From Acidobacteriota bacterium (GTDB taxonomy: Bacteria > Acidobacteriota > Thermoanaerobaculia > Gp7-AA8), in the NCBI GenBank assembly GCA_019244185.1, contig JAFATB010000006.1, forward strand, positions 64,001 through 128,000: DNA of 64,000 bases. The letters run 5' to 3'. Shown piece after piece: positions 10,542 to 20,533 of the stretch (positions are counted from its first letter, which is position 1; the number at the start of each line of letters is the position of its first letter). Made by a program: the position numbers and the translations under genes. The notes beneath the pieces were generated by a model. It did not search any database, was not told the DNA's origin, and worked only from the letters and a program-made list of their open reading frames with translations.

Positions 10542-13500
10542 TCAACGCGTCGCAATCAGCGGCCGCTCGAACAGGTGGCGGGTGAGCTCTTCGGCGCTGA
10601 CCGGTTTGCTGAAGTAGAAGCCTTGCGCCTCGTCGCAGTTCTTGGTGCGGAGGATGGCCAGTTGCTCGGCGGTCTCGACGCCTTCGGCGACGACGCGGAG
10701 GCGGAGGCTGCGGGCCATGCCGATGACGGCGGAGACGATGGCGGCGTCGCCTTCGCTCGTCGCGAGATCGTTCACGAACGCACGGTCGATCTTCACGGCG
10801 GTGATCGGAAAGCGCTTCAGGTAATTGAGCGACGAATAGCCCATCCCGAAATCGTCGATCGAGATCCCGGTGCCGATCTCGCGGAGTGCGCGGAGGATCT
10901 CCACGGTCACGTCCGCGTTCTGCATCGCCGTCGTCTCCGTGATCTCGAACTCCAGCGCGGACGGCGCGAGGCCGCTGTCGCTGAGAGCGCGCTGCACCAT
11001 CTCCACGAGGTCGTGCTGCTGGAACTGGCGCGCGGAGAGATTCACCGCCACGCGCATCGGTCCGACGCCGCGGTCGTGCCAGTCCTTCATCTGATGGCAT
11101 GCGGTGCGGAGCACCCACTCGCCGAGCGGCACGATCAGTCGCGACTCCTCGGCGATCGGGATGAACTCCGCGGGGCTCACGATGCCGCGCTCCGGATCGT
11201 TCCAGCGGACCAGCGCCTCGACGCCGATCGTGCGGCCGGTGACGAGGCTGATCTGCGGCTGATACGCGAGCATCAGCTGCTCGTCGCGCAGCGCCGTGCG
11301 CAGGCGCGTCTCGAGCGATAGCCGATCGAGCGCGCGCGTCTTCATCTCGTCGGTGCAGAGCTGGTACGTGTTGCGGCCCGCTTCCTTCGCGCGGTACATC
11401 GCGCTGTCCGCGTTGCGCAGCAGCGACTCCGGATCGGCGCCGTCGTTCGGATAGAGCGCGATGCCGACGCTCGCCGTGACCACGATCGGCATCCCGGCGA
11501 TGGTCAGCGGCACCTGCACCGCCTCCAGGATTTTCTGCGCGACGCCCACTGCATCCTCGGGGTGGCGCAGTTCGGAGAGGATGATCGTGAACTCGTCGCC
11601 GCCGAGGCGTGCGACCGTGTCGTCCTCGCGCACGCATTCGCGGAGCCGGCGCGCCATCTCGAGCAGCAGTTCGTCGCCGGCGGTGTGGCCGAGCGTGTCG
11701 TTGATCGTCTTGAAGTGATCGACGTCGATGAACATCACCGCGACCGCTTTCCCGCCGCGCTTCGCGCGCGAGAGGCTGTGACGCAGGCGATCGGTGAACA
11801 GCTTGCGGTTCGGCAGGTGCGTGAGCACGTCGTGGTACGCGTGGAACTCGATCTGCTCTTCCGCGCGCTTGCGGTCGCTGATGTCGACGACCGTCGCGTG
11901 AATCACGCCGGTGAGCGTGTCGCCGACGAGCACGAGATTCTGCAGCACCCACAGGCGATCCTGATCGGATCTGCGCAGCTCGACCTCGACGCTGTTCAGC
12001 GTGCCGACGCCGGCGAGCAGCGACGTCAGCTCGTCGCATTCGCTCGCGTTGGCGTAGAGGGAAGCGGTGCGGCGGCCGACGAGCTCCTGCCGGCTGTAGC
12101 CGAGGAGCGCGGCGAACGTCGCGTTGCAGTCGACGATCTCGCCGTTGATGCGGCTGACGCACACGCCCGCGGCGTTCTGTTCGAACAGCAGCCGGTAGCG
12201 GATCTCCGACTCGCGCAACGCGGCTTCGGCGACGAAGCGCGCGGTCACATCGCGGAAGCTCCAGACGCGGATGTTCGTCAGCTCTTCGACGTGGCGCCCG
12301 ATCGAATAGCGTTCGAAGCGGCGGCCGTCCGTGAGCTCGAGCAGATCGAAGCTCTCCGCTTCCGGCTGCGACAGCAGCGACTCGACCGTATGCTGAAACT
12401 CCTCGGGTTGCGCGAGCTGTGCGAGGACGTACTGCAGCGCGCGGCGGTCGTCGCCGCTGTCCATCACCAGCTGCGGGATACGCCACATCTCGACGAAGCG
12501 CTGGTTGTACGACACGATGCGCCCGCCTTCGCCGATGACCAGGATGCCGTCCGCGGTCGAGTCGAGCGTCGACTGCAGGAGCGTGACTGCTTGTAAGACT
12601 TCGCGCTCGGCGCGTTTGCGGTCGCGGATGTCGCGGCCGATGATCACCGCGCCGGCGGATTCACCATCTGCAATGACCGGCGCGATCGACAGCGTGAGAT
12701 CGACGCGCTCGCCGTTCTGCGCGGCGAACACGTACTCGTCGTTGCGCAGCGAGCGGCGGCCGAGTTTCGACGAGAGCTCGCCGTCCTGCGCGAGCAGATC
12801 GTCGATGCGGCGTCCCGCGAGCTCCTCTTCGCTGCAGCCGAGGAGCGTCGCCGCGGCGCGGTTCGCGAATTCGATGCGTCCTTCGCGGTCGCAGACGAAC
12901 AGCGCGTCCGCCATCGTGCCGATGATCTCCGGCGCGGCGAGCGACGGCGTGAGCGCGATGAGGCCGTAGCGTTGGATCGCGCGGATCGCCACGACGACGA
13001 AACCGAAGATCGCGGCGAAGCCGAACGGATACGCGGCGAGGCCGAACTTCGGCAGATAGTCGACGCAGCCGAAGTACGCGATGCCGAACGCGAGGAGCAG
13101 CTGGCGGATGCGCTGCCGTTCCTCGCCGCGCGCCGCGGGATACGCGCGCGCGAACTCGACGAACGCGGCGATGAGGTAGCCGAAGAAGAACAGCAGGAAC
13201 GCGATGCCGACGTCGACGCGGTAGCGCGGGTAATAGCCCCACCAATAGAGCTGCACGCGCGGGATGAGGCGGTCGCTGGTCACGGCGATCGCGCTGAAGA
13301 ACGCGGCGATGCTCCACGCGGCGACGTGCGCGAGACGGCGGCGGCGTTCGATTCGCAGGAGCTCGACGGTGAACCAGTAGATCGCCGGCGCGATGAACGG
13401 CACGCCGAGGTACGCGCGGCGCGCCCAGCGCAGCGCGTGGCCCGCGTCGCGCGACGCGTACATCATCGTGAACGCCGTCATCCAGACCGCGACCACGCCC

Positions 13501-13643
13501 GCCATCACGAAGAATGCGGAGCTGACGTTCGACGGACGGCGGAAGAGCACGCGCACGCCGAAGGCGAGCATCACCAGCGCGGTGAGCGCGACGGGCACAG
13601 CCGATGTCGTGACTGCATACGCGCCGAAGCTGAGCGCGGCCAT
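10542..13643 (-). CDS. Membrane 7TM-PAS-PAS-PAS-GGDEF-EAL c-di-GMP signalling protein
   Basis: N-terminal TM helices, PAS repeats, REDD I-site followed by GGDEF, VEALVRW and DDFGMGYSS. Confidence 0.93.
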   Translation of the reverse strand: MAALSFGAYAVTTSAVPVALTALVMLAFGVRVLFRRPSNVSSAFFVMAGVVAVWMTAFTMMYASRDAGHALRWARRAYLGVPFIAPAIYWFTVELLRIERRRRLAHVAAWSIAAFFSAIAVTSDRLIPRVQLYWWGYYPRYRVDVGIAFLLFFFGYLIAAFVEFARAYPAARGEERQRIRQLLLAFGIAYFGCVDYLPKFGLAAYPFGFAAIFGFVVVAIRAIQRYGLIALTPSLAAPEIIGTMADALFVCDREGRIEFANRAAATLLGCSEEELAGRRIDDLLAQDGELSSKLGRRSLRNDEYVFAAQNGERVDLTLSIAPVIADGESAGAVIIGRDIRDRKRAEREVLQAVTLLQSTLDSTADGILVIGEGGRIVSYNQRFVEMWRIPQLVMDSGDDRRALQYVLAQLAQPEEFQHTVESLLSQPEAESFDLLELTDGRRFERYSIGRHVEELTNIRVWSFRDVTARFVAEAALRESEIRYRLLFEQNAAGVCVSRINGEIVDCNATFAALLGYSRQELVGRRTASLYANASECDELTSLLAGVGTLNSVEVELRRSDQDRLWVLQNLVLVGDTLTGVIHATVVDISDRKRAEEQIEFHAYHDVLTHLPNRKLFTDRLRHSLSRAKRGGKAVAVMFIDVDHFKTINDTLGHTAGDELLLEMARRLRECVREDDTVARLGGDEFTIILSELRHPEDAVGVAQKILEAVQVPLTIAGMPIVVTASVGIALYPNDGADPESLLRNADSAMYRAKEAGRNTYQLCTDEMKTRALDRLSLETRLRTALRDEQLMLAYQPQISLVTGRTIGVEALVRWNDPERGIVSPAEFIPIAEESRLIVPLGEWVLRTACHQMKDWHDRGVGPMRVAVNLSARQFQQHDLVEMVQRALSDSGLAPSALEFEITETTAMQNADVTVEILRALREIGTGISIDDFGMGYSSLNYLKRFPITAVKIDRAFVNDLATSEGDAAIVSAVIGMARSLRLRVVAEGVETAEQLAILRTKNCDEAQGFYFSKPVSAEELTRHLFERPLIATR

Positions 13644-13732
13644 GGATCTCCTGGTACGGCTTGCCTGCTGGGAAAAGAGAGCGATTCATTCTAGGGCCAG
13701 GGACGCGCGCGCGTGCATGCGAAGATGGCGGC

Positions 13733-14803
13733 GTGCAGGCCGAGGTCGTCATCGCGGGTGCGGGCGTGGTGGGCGTGAGCATCGCGTATCACCTCGCGCG
13801 GCGCGGCGTGCGGGACGTGCTCGTGCTCGAACGCGCGACCGATTTCGGCGCGGGCAGCACGGCCAAAGCGACCGGCGGCTTTCGCGCGCAGTTCGACAAC
13901 GAGATCGAGGTGCGGATGTCGCTGCTCGCGCGCGAGAAGCTCCGCGCGTTCGCGGAGGAGACCGGCGTCGACTCGGGCTATCGACCGCACGGCTATCTCT
14001 TTCTCGCGTGCAACGACGCCGAGCTGACGATGCTGCGGAACGCGCAGCGCGTGCAGCACGCATGCGGTCTCGCGGAAGCGCGCATGGTCGATGCGGACGA
14101 GGCGCGCGCGCTCAGTCCCGCGATCGGCGATGCGAGCGTGATCGGCGGCGCGTTCTGTCCGACGGACGGTTTTCTGCGGCCGTTGAACGTGTTGCGCGGC
14201 TACGCGGAAGCGGCGCGGCGGCTCGGCGTGCGGTTCGCGTTCGACGTCGAGTTGCGCGACTGGCGCACGAACGGCGCCCGCGTCGTGGCGGCGGAGACGT
14301 CGCAGGGCGTCGTGCACGGAAATGTGTTCATCAACGCGCGCGGCGCGTGGGCGGGCGCGCCGGTGGTGCCGCTGCGGCGGAACGTCGCGGCGACGGTGCC
14401 GACGGATGTCTTCGATGAATCGCTGCCGATGACGATCTGGTCGGGCGACTGGTTTCATCTGCGCGTGCGCGACGGACGCGTGCTGCTGCTTTGGCCGGAC
14501 GATCCGCCGGTCGATGACGACGCGTGGCTCGCGGCGGTGCTGCGCAAGACGCGCGAGCGCGTGCCGCGGCTCGCGAACATCGCCATCGGCGAACGCTGGT
14601 CCGGCCTCTACGAGATGTCTCCCGACGAGCACGCGCTCCTCGGCCGCTCCGCGGACTTCGAGAATCTCTACGTCGCCATCGGCTCGTCGGGCCACGGCGT
14701 GATGCACGCGCCGGCGACGGGCCAGCTGCTCGCGGAGCTCATTGTCGACGGCGCCACGTCATTCGACATCACCGCGCTCTCGCCGTCGCGCTTCACCGGA
14801 TGA
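13733..14803 (+). CDS. FAD-dependent oxidoreductase (DAO/sarcosine oxidase beta-like)
   Basis: VVIAGAGVVG FAD motif, GAGSTAKATGG, WSGLYEMSPD and GSSGHGVMHAPATG. Confidence 0.88.
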   Translation: MQAEVVIAGAGVVGVSIAYHLARRGVRDVLVLERATDFGAGSTAKATGGFRAQFDNEIEVRMSLLAREKLRAFAEETGVDSGYRPHGYLFLACNDAELTMLRNAQRVQHACGLAEARMVDADEARALSPAIGDASVIGGAFCPTDGFLRPLNVLRGYAEAARRLGVRFAFDVELRDWRTNGARVVAAETSQGVVHGNVFINARGAWAGAPVVPLRRNVAATVPTDVFDESLPMTIWSGDWFHLRVRDGRVLLLWPDDPPVDDDAWLAAVLRKTRERVPRLANIAIGERWSGLYEMSPDEHALLGRSADFENLYVAIGSSGHGVMHAPATGQLLAELIVDGATSFDITALSPSRFTG

Positions 14804-15536
14804 GGATCGCGCAGCACGTGACGCCGCCCTCGGCTTTCGCGAGCTCGTCCGCGTCGACCGCGCGCACGTCGATGCCGCGCGCTTCGAGCTTCGCGCGCGT
14901 CTTCGGGAACGCCGTCGGGTAGATGACGGCGTCGCCGGCGAGCAGCGCGTTCGCGGCGAACGGCTCCTCCGCGTCGATGAGGCCGAAGCCCGCGAACGGC
15001 GCGACGTCGATGCACGAGCGATCGACGAGCAGCGTGTTTGGTCCGACGCGCGTGATCGCGGTCTTGAGATGCAGGCAGCCGTGCAGCGGAACGCCGATGA
15101 CTTCGCGGTGCGTCCGTTCGCGCAGCTGCGCGAGCGCGGTCTCGTTCGTCCGGTGCGACAGTCCGACGAAGATGCGGTCGTCGAGAAGGAGCACGTCGCC
15201 GCCGTCGATCGTGGCCGGCGCCTCGATCCACGCGAGCGGACGGTAGCGCGCGAGCACGGGCGCGATCGCGTGCACCTCGTCGCGGCGCGACTCCGCACCG
15301 GGGCGCATGATGACCGCGACGTCGTCGAGCACGACGGCGGTGTCCTCGACGAAGACGCAGTCGGGGAACGCCTCGTCGCCAGGAAGCTCGACGAGCTCGA
15401 AGCCGAGCGACGCGAGAATGTCAAGATATTGACGATGTTGCGCGACGGCACGCGCGTAGTCGATCGGCGTGCGCGCGATGTGCGTGACTTCCGCGCGGTC
15501 GATCGACGGGCTCACCTCGCGCGTCACGGCGATCAC
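14793..15536 (-). CDS. Dimethylarginine dimethylaminohydrolase family protein
   Basis: FPDCVFVEDTAV, IDGGDV, LHLKT and C-terminal EGGVTCC catalytic Cys motif. Confidence 0.88.
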   Translation of the reverse strand: MIAVTREVSPSIDRAEVTHIARTPIDYARAVAQHRQYLDILASLGFELVELPGDEAFPDCVFVEDTAVVLDDVAVIMRPGAESRRDEVHAIAPVLARYRPLAWIEAPATIDGGDVLLLDDRIFVGLSHRTNETALAQLRERTHREVIGVPLHGCLHLKTAITRVGPNTLLVDRSCIDVAPFAGFGLIDAEEPFAANALLAGDAVIYPTAFPKTRAKLEARGIDVRAVDADELAKAEGGVTCCAILIR

Positions 15537-16162
15537 GACGCCGCCTCCACGATCGCCTCGCGGATGAGCTGCGCGTGCGCGACGAGGCCGTGGTCGCCTT
15601 CCTCGATCTCGACGAAGCGCGAGCCGGGCGCGAGTCGTCCCGAGAGCTCCCACTCGCGCCAGCGTTCGGCGACGAGGTCGAACGGCACCGTCTCGTCGTT
15701 GCGTCCCATCACCACCGTCACAGGTGACGGCGGCGGCTCTTCGTCGATGTGCAGGCTCGCCATTTGTTCGAAAAAGGCGCGATGAATCGGCGCGTCGGCG
15801 TTGCGCGCGTAGTTGAAGACGATCACCGGATCGCCGGCCGGCAGCTTCGTCTGCCAGCGCTCCGCGATGCCGAGCGCCGGCGCGATGAGCACGAGCGGCA
15901 CGGCCAGACCCGCGCGCGCGACCGCCAGCGCGACGAGCGCGCCCAGCGAACTGCCGACGACCGCGCGCGGCGGCGTGCGGCGCGCGTGTTCGAGCGCGCG
16001 GGCGACGACCGCGTCGAAGTCGAGCTGCTCGAACGACGGCACGTTGAGATCGGGCGTGTCGAGCGTGATGCCGAACGGCTCGAGCAGCGGCCGCAGCGCC
16101 ACGATTTTCGCGCTCGCCGGCGACGACGCGAACCCGTGGAAGTAGAGAACGGACTTCACCAC
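15533..16162 (-). CDS. YqiA/UPF0227-like alpha/beta hydrolase (esterase)
   Basis: YFHGFASSPAS, GSSLG nucleophile elbow, DETVP and GDHGL; GTGA overlap with the DDAH gene. Confidence 0.88.
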   Translation of the reverse strand: MVKSVLYFHGFASSPASAKIVALRPLLEPFGITLDTPDLNVPSFEQLDFDAVVARALEHARRTPPRAVVGSSLGALVALAVARAGLAVPLVLIAPALGIAERWQTKLPAGDPVIVFNYARNADAPIHRAFFEQMASLHIDEEPPPSPVTVVMGRNDETVPFDLVAERWREWELSGRLAPGSRFVEIEEGDHGLVAHAQLIREAIVEAAS

Positions 16163-16225
16163 CGCGGCGCATTGTAGTGCGGGCAACGTTGTTGCTGACC
16201 TTCGCGAGCCGAGGGGGGAACTGCC

Positions 16226-16771
16226 ATGAAGAAGCTCCTGACGGCGACCGCGATCCTGCTGCTCTTCGCGTGCGGCAAGAAAGCCGACGAGACCCGCGTA
16301 TCCGACACGAGCGACACCGGCGTGACCACCGGAACGAACGCCACGGCGCCCGCCAGTCCGGCCGAGGTCAGCACCGTCATGCCGACCGACACGGGATCGA
16401 TCGACGGCTCGCCGCAGCCGACCGGCACCAGCGCCACCAACATCCCGGCGAACGCGACCGCCACGCCACCCGCCGGCAACACGAACACCGCGACGCCGAA
16501 CACGAATGCGAATCCGCCCGCGGACGCCGCGCCCGCGCCGACGAATCAGATCGCGGACGGGCAGTCGATCTATCGCGGCAACTGCGAGAGCTGCCACGGC
16601 GCGGACGGCAAGAAGTCCGCGGGCGGCAAGACGCTCGTCTCCGCCGCGACGCAGGCGAAATCGTCCGCGACGCTCGTCCACGACCTCAGCACCGACGCCG
16701 CGCACAAGAGCTTCCGCCTCGGCGCCGCGCAGCTCGAATCGGTGGTTGCATACGTCAAAGCGCTGAAGTAG
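16226..16771 (+). CDS. Lipoprotein c-type cytochrome with a long Thr/Pro/Ala/Asn linker
   Basis: Lipobox LLFAC; CESCH heme-binding motif; C-terminal LESVVAYV helix. Confidence 0.85.
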   Translation: MKKLLTATAILLLFACGKKADETRVSDTSDTGVTTGTNATAPASPAEVSTVMPTDTGSIDGSPQPTGTSATNIPANATATPPAGNTNTATPNTNANPPADAAPAPTNQIADGQSIYRGNCESCHGADGKKSAGGKTLVSAATQAKSSATLVHDLSTDAAHKSFRLGAAQLESVVAYVKALK

Positions 16772-16833
16772 CCAAGCGTTCACAGTCCGCCGCCGAGCCC
16801 GCTCTATGATTCCTCCAACAGGAGGAGTCATTT

Positions 16834-17961
16834 ATGCGTCATTCCATCATTGCGTCTGCGCTTGCGCTGCTGCTCGTCCCCGCGGCGTTCGCGCAGCAGA
16901 TCACGCTGCCGCCGAGCGGCGGCAATCAGCGCTCGCACGTGTCGCAGTCGATCGGGCTGGTCACGGTAAGCATCGACTACAGCAGTCCGCACGTCGTGCG
17001 CGGCATCGACCGCCGCGGCCACATCTGGGGCGAGCTCGTTCCCTACGGCCTCACGAACCTCGGCTTCGGCACCTGCACCGAATGCCCGTGGCGCGCGGGC
17101 GCGAACGAGAACACCGTCTTCACGACCTCGCACGACATCAAGGTCGAAGGGCAGCCGCTCCCCGCCGGCAGCTACGGCCTCAGCGTGATCACCGCCGCGA
17201 ACGACGACTGGACGGTGATCTTCTCGAAGAACTCCACCTCGTGGGGCAGCTTCTACTACGACCCGAAGGACGACGCGCTGCGCGTGAAGGTGAAGCCGTC
17301 GAAGAGCGAGTACAACGAGTACCTCACGTACGAGTTCACCGACCGCGAGCAGGAGCGCGCGACCGTCGCGCTCAAGTGGGAAGACATCCAGCTGCCGCTG
17401 CGCATCACGGTCGACAACATGACCGATCTGTACATGGCTTCGATCCGCAACGAGCTGCGGAACGCGAAGGGCTTCTCGTCGCAGGCGTGGGTCGAGGGGG
17501 CGCAATACGCGCTGCAGAACGGCCGCAATGCCGAGGCGCTGGAGTGGGCCAATGCCGCGGTGAACGCGACGTTCATCGGCCAGGAGAACTTCACCACGCT
17601 CTCGACGCTGGCGATGGCGCAGGAAGCGAACGGCAAGATCGCCGAGGCGAAGGCCACGCGCGAGAAGGCGTTCGCGCATCCGACCGCCACGGCGCTCGAT
17701 CTGCATCAGTACGCGCGGCAGCTGCTGGCGAAGGGCGACAAGGCGGAGGCGCTGCGCGTGTGGGAGCTCAACGCGAAGCTGCATCCGAACGTCTGGCCGG
17801 TCAACGTCGGCCTCGCGCGCGGCTACAGCGCGGTGGGACGCTACAAGGACGCGCTGAAGTACGCGAAGCTCGCGCTTGCGCAGGCGCCGGACGGCGTCAA
17901 CAAGCACATGCTCGAGGACGCGGTGAAGGCGCTCGAGGCGGGCAAGGACATGAACTCGTAG
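16834..17961 (+). CDS. DUF2911 domain secreted protein with C-terminal TPR-like helices
   Basis: Signal peptide; IDYSSP, IWGELVPYG and WRAGANENT motifs; SD GGAGG. Confidence 0.85.
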   Translation: MRHSIIASALALLLVPAAFAQQITLPPSGGNQRSHVSQSIGLVTVSIDYSSPHVVRGIDRRGHIWGELVPYGLTNLGFGTCTECPWRAGANENTVFTTSHDIKVEGQPLPAGSYGLSVITAANDDWTVIFSKNSTSWGSFYYDPKDDALRVKVKPSKSEYNEYLTYEFTDREQERATVALKWEDIQLPLRITVDNMTDLYMASIRNELRNAKGFSSQAWVEGAQYALQNGRNAEALEWANAAVNATFIGQENFTTLSTLAMAQEANGKIAEAKATREKAFAHPTATALDLHQYARQLLAKGDKAEALRVWELNAKLHPNVWPVNVGLARGYSAVGRYKDALKYAKLALAQAPDGVNKHMLEDAVKALEAGKDMNS

Positions 17962-17969
17962 TCCACGTG

Positions 17970-18001
17970 CAACGGCGCGACGCGCACGCGTCGCGCCGTT
18001 G
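17970..18001. terminator. Probable intrinsic terminator hairpin between convergent genes
   Basis: caacggcgcgacgcg-ca-cgcgtcgcgccgttg followed by ttt. Confidence 0.65.
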
Positions 18002-18007
18002 TTTGCA

Positions 18008-18958
18008 TCAGACCTGCGGCCGCAGCGGAATCTTCGGCGTCGCGTCCACCTGCGGTTTGATCACGCCCATCGCCAGCTGCAGCATCGACGTGACGTCCGA
18101 GACGTTCGCCGGCACGACCAGCGACGTGCCGCTCTTGGCGAGCTGGCCGAATTCCTTGATGTACTGCTCGGCGAGCCGCAGTTGCATCGCCTCGTGGCCG
18201 CCCGGAATCTTGATCGTCTCCGCCACGAGTCGGATGCCTTCCGCGGTGGCCGTGGCGATCGCCTGAATGGCGGAGGCCTGTCCTTCGGCCTCGTTGATCT
18301 GCTGCTGCTTCTTCGCTTCCGACGCTTTGATGACCTGCTGCTTCTGTCCCTCGGCCGTGTTGATCGCCGCGTCGCGCTCGCCTTCCGACTGCAGGATGGT
18401 CGCGCGCTTCTCGCGCTCGGCGCGCATCTGCTTCTCCATCGCCGCGAGCACGTCCTGCGGCGGCGTGATGTTCTTGATCTCGTAGCGCAGCACCTTCACG
18501 CCCCACGCCTCGGATGCCTTGTCGACTTCCTGCACGACCTGCGCGTTGATGTTCGTGCGCTCCTCGAAGGTCTTGTCGAGATCGATCTTGCCGATCTCGC
18601 TGCGGAGGTTCGTCTGCGCGAGCTGCGAGATCGCGTACGTGTAGTCGCTGATGCCGTACGACGCGCGCTCGGGATTGAGGATCTTGAAGTACAGCACGCC
18701 GTCGACCGCGACCTGCACGTTGTCCTTGGTGATGCAGACCTGCTCGGGAACGTCGAGCGCGATTTCTTTCAGCGAGTGCTTGTAGCGGACCGTGTCGAGA
18801 AACGGCCAGAGGATGTGCAGGCCGGCGTCGAGCGTCTGATAGAACTTGCCGAGGCGCTCCACGACCCAGGCCTGCTGCTGCGGAACGACGCGGACGATTT
18901 TCGAGATGACGATCATCGCGAAGATCGCGACGACGGCGGCGACGATGAGATTGCCCAT
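18008..18958 (-). CDS. SPFH/band-7 (stomatin-like, QmcA/paraslipin) protein
   Basis: VVERLGK, QVCITKDNV, WGVKVLRYEIKNITPP and MEKQMRAEREKRA motifs. Confidence 0.93.
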   Translation of the reverse strand: MGNLIVAAVVAIFAMIVISKIVRVVPQQQAWVVERLGKFYQTLDAGLHILWPFLDTVRYKHSLKEIALDVPEQVCITKDNVQVAVDGVLYFKILNPERASYGISDYTYAISQLAQTNLRSEIGKIDLDKTFEERTNINAQVVQEVDKASEAWGVKVLRYEIKNITPPQDVLAAMEKQMRAEREKRATILQSEGERDAAINTAEGQKQQVIKASEAKKQQQINEAEGQASAIQAIATATAEGIRLVAETIKIPGGHEAMQLRLAEQYIKEFGQLAKSGTSLVVPANVSDVTSMLQLAMGVIKPQVDATPKIPLRPQV

Positions 18959-18999
18959 GGTTTTCCTCGTGACGGTGATGGAACGTTAACGGCGTTGAC

Positions 19000-19425
19000 T
19001 CAGGCGACGCGGACGTGAAGGACCAGCCCTTCGACGTGCGTCACCACGCAGCGCTGGCCGCGGGCCAGCGATGTTTCCCCGATGTTGCGCGCGCTCCAGG
19101 TCGTGCCGCGCATCTCTGCTTTACCGATCGACGCGGGCGCGATGTCGTCCAGCGCGATGGCCTGCTCGCCGACGAGCGTGTCGACGACGCGCGTCTCGTT
19201 CAGCCGCAGCCGGCGCACGACGTACGGCCGCACGAAGAAAAACGCGGCGAGCGACACGCCGGTGAAGACGAGCAGCTCTCCCCACAACGGCAGGTGCACG
19301 CCAACGGCGACCAGCACCGCGACGACGAACGCGCCGACGGCGAAGAAGGCGATGTGCATCGTCGTCGACGCCATCTCGACGGCCAGCAGCACGAAGCCGA
19401 TGAGCACCCAGATCCACCACGCCAT
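19000..19425 (-). CDS. NfeD family membrane protein
   Basis: MAWWIWVLIG, TM helices and an OB-fold tail (MRGTTWSAR, VEGLVLHV); typical partner of SPFH genes. Confidence 0.88.
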   Translation of the reverse strand: MAWWIWVLIGFVLLAVEMASTTMHIAFFAVGAFVVAVLVAVGVHLPLWGELLVFTGVSLAAFFFVRPYVVRRLRLNETRVVDTLVGEQAIALDDIAPASIGKAEMRGTTWSARNIGETSLARGQRCVVTHVEGLVLHVRVA

Positions 19426-19492
19426 GTGCGGTGAAAGGAGGGTAGCAGAAGTACGAAATGCGCGCCGGGCGTGCGGTACAGTAACGCGCCGT

Positions 19493-20059
19493 ATGAGCAA
19501 GAAAGCCGCGAAGAACGCGTTGTCGTCGAAACAACAGGACGAGCTCCTCGAGACCCTCAAAGCGCGTTTCGAGAAACACGGCAAGCGCCACAAAGGCATC
19601 GAGTGGTCCGACGTGCAGAAGAAGCTCGAGAAGCAGCCTGAGAAGCTGTCGGTGCTGCACGAGATGGAGTGCACCGGCGGCGAGCCGGACGTCGTCGGTC
19701 ACGACGGCGGCACGTTCGTGTTCTACGACTGCTCCGCCGAGAGTCCCGCGGGACGCAGAAGTCTCTGCTACGACCGCGAGGCGCTCGACGCGCGGAAAGA
19801 GAATCGTCCCGAAGGCAGCGCGGCCGACATGGCCGCCGAGATCGGCATCGAGTTGCTGACGGAAACGCAGTATCGCGAGCTGCAGAAGCTCGGTGCGTTC
19901 GATCTCAAGACGTCGAGCTGGATCGAGACGCCTGCCGCGATCCGCAAGCTCGGCGGCGCGCTGTTCTGCGATCGGCGCTACGACACCGTCTTCACGTATC
20001 ACAACGGCGCGCAGTCGTATTACGCGGCGCGCGGCTTCCGCGGCTCGCTCAGAGTCTGA
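19493..20059 (+). CDS. DUF4256 domain protein
   Basis: LKARFEK, EMECTGGEPDVV, DCSAESPAGRRSLCYD and YHNGAQSYYAARGFRG motifs. Confidence 0.85.
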   Translation: MSKKAAKNALSSKQQDELLETLKARFEKHGKRHKGIEWSDVQKKLEKQPEKLSVLHEMECTGGEPDVVGHDGGTFVFYDCSAESPAGRRSLCYDREALDARKENRPEGSAADMAAEIGIELLTETQYRELQKLGAFDLKTSSWIETPAAIRKLGGALFCDRRYDTVFTYHNGAQSYYAARGFRGSLRV

Positions 20060-20063
20060 AGCG

Positions 20064-20492
20064 TTAGTCGATCCCGACCAGCTCCAGCTCGAACGTGAGG
20101 TTCTTCCCCGCCAACGGATGGTTCGCGTCGAGCGTCACGGACGCGTCGTCGAGCGCGGTGACCTGCACGGCGGCGCTGCTGCCGTCGGGAAATCCGACCT
20201 GCAGCATGTCGCCCGTTTCGATCTCGGTGTCGGCCGGCATCTGGTCGCGGCCGACCTTGAACACGAGCTCCTCGCGGCGGTTGCCGTACGCGTTGTCCGC
20301 GGGAATGGTCTCGGTCTTCTTCTCGCCGGTCGACATCCCTTCGATCGCATTCTCGAAGCCGGGGATCACTTCGCCCGCGCCGAGGGTGAAGGTCAGCGGA
20401 TCGCTGCCGGCGGAGGAGTCGAACTCCGTGCCGTCGTCGAGAGTGCCGCGGTAGTGAACGTGAACGACATCGCCGCGCTTGGCTGTAGACAT
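20064..20492 (-). CDS. FKBP-type peptidyl-prolyl isomerase (SlyD/SlpA-like, no His tail)
   Basis: VHYRGTLDDGTEFDSS, VIPGFE and DANHPLAGKNLTFE motifs. Confidence 0.92.
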   Translation of the reverse strand: MSTAKRGDVVHVHYRGTLDDGTEFDSSAGSDPLTFTLGAGEVIPGFENAIEGMSTGEKKTETIPADNAYGNRREELVFKVGRDQMPADTEIETGDMLQVGFPDGSSAAVQVTALDDASVTLDANHPLAGKNLTFELELVGID

Positions 20493-20533
20493 GGCGGTGG
20501 ACGATGCGACTCTCGGGCCATTCCGCGCAAGCG

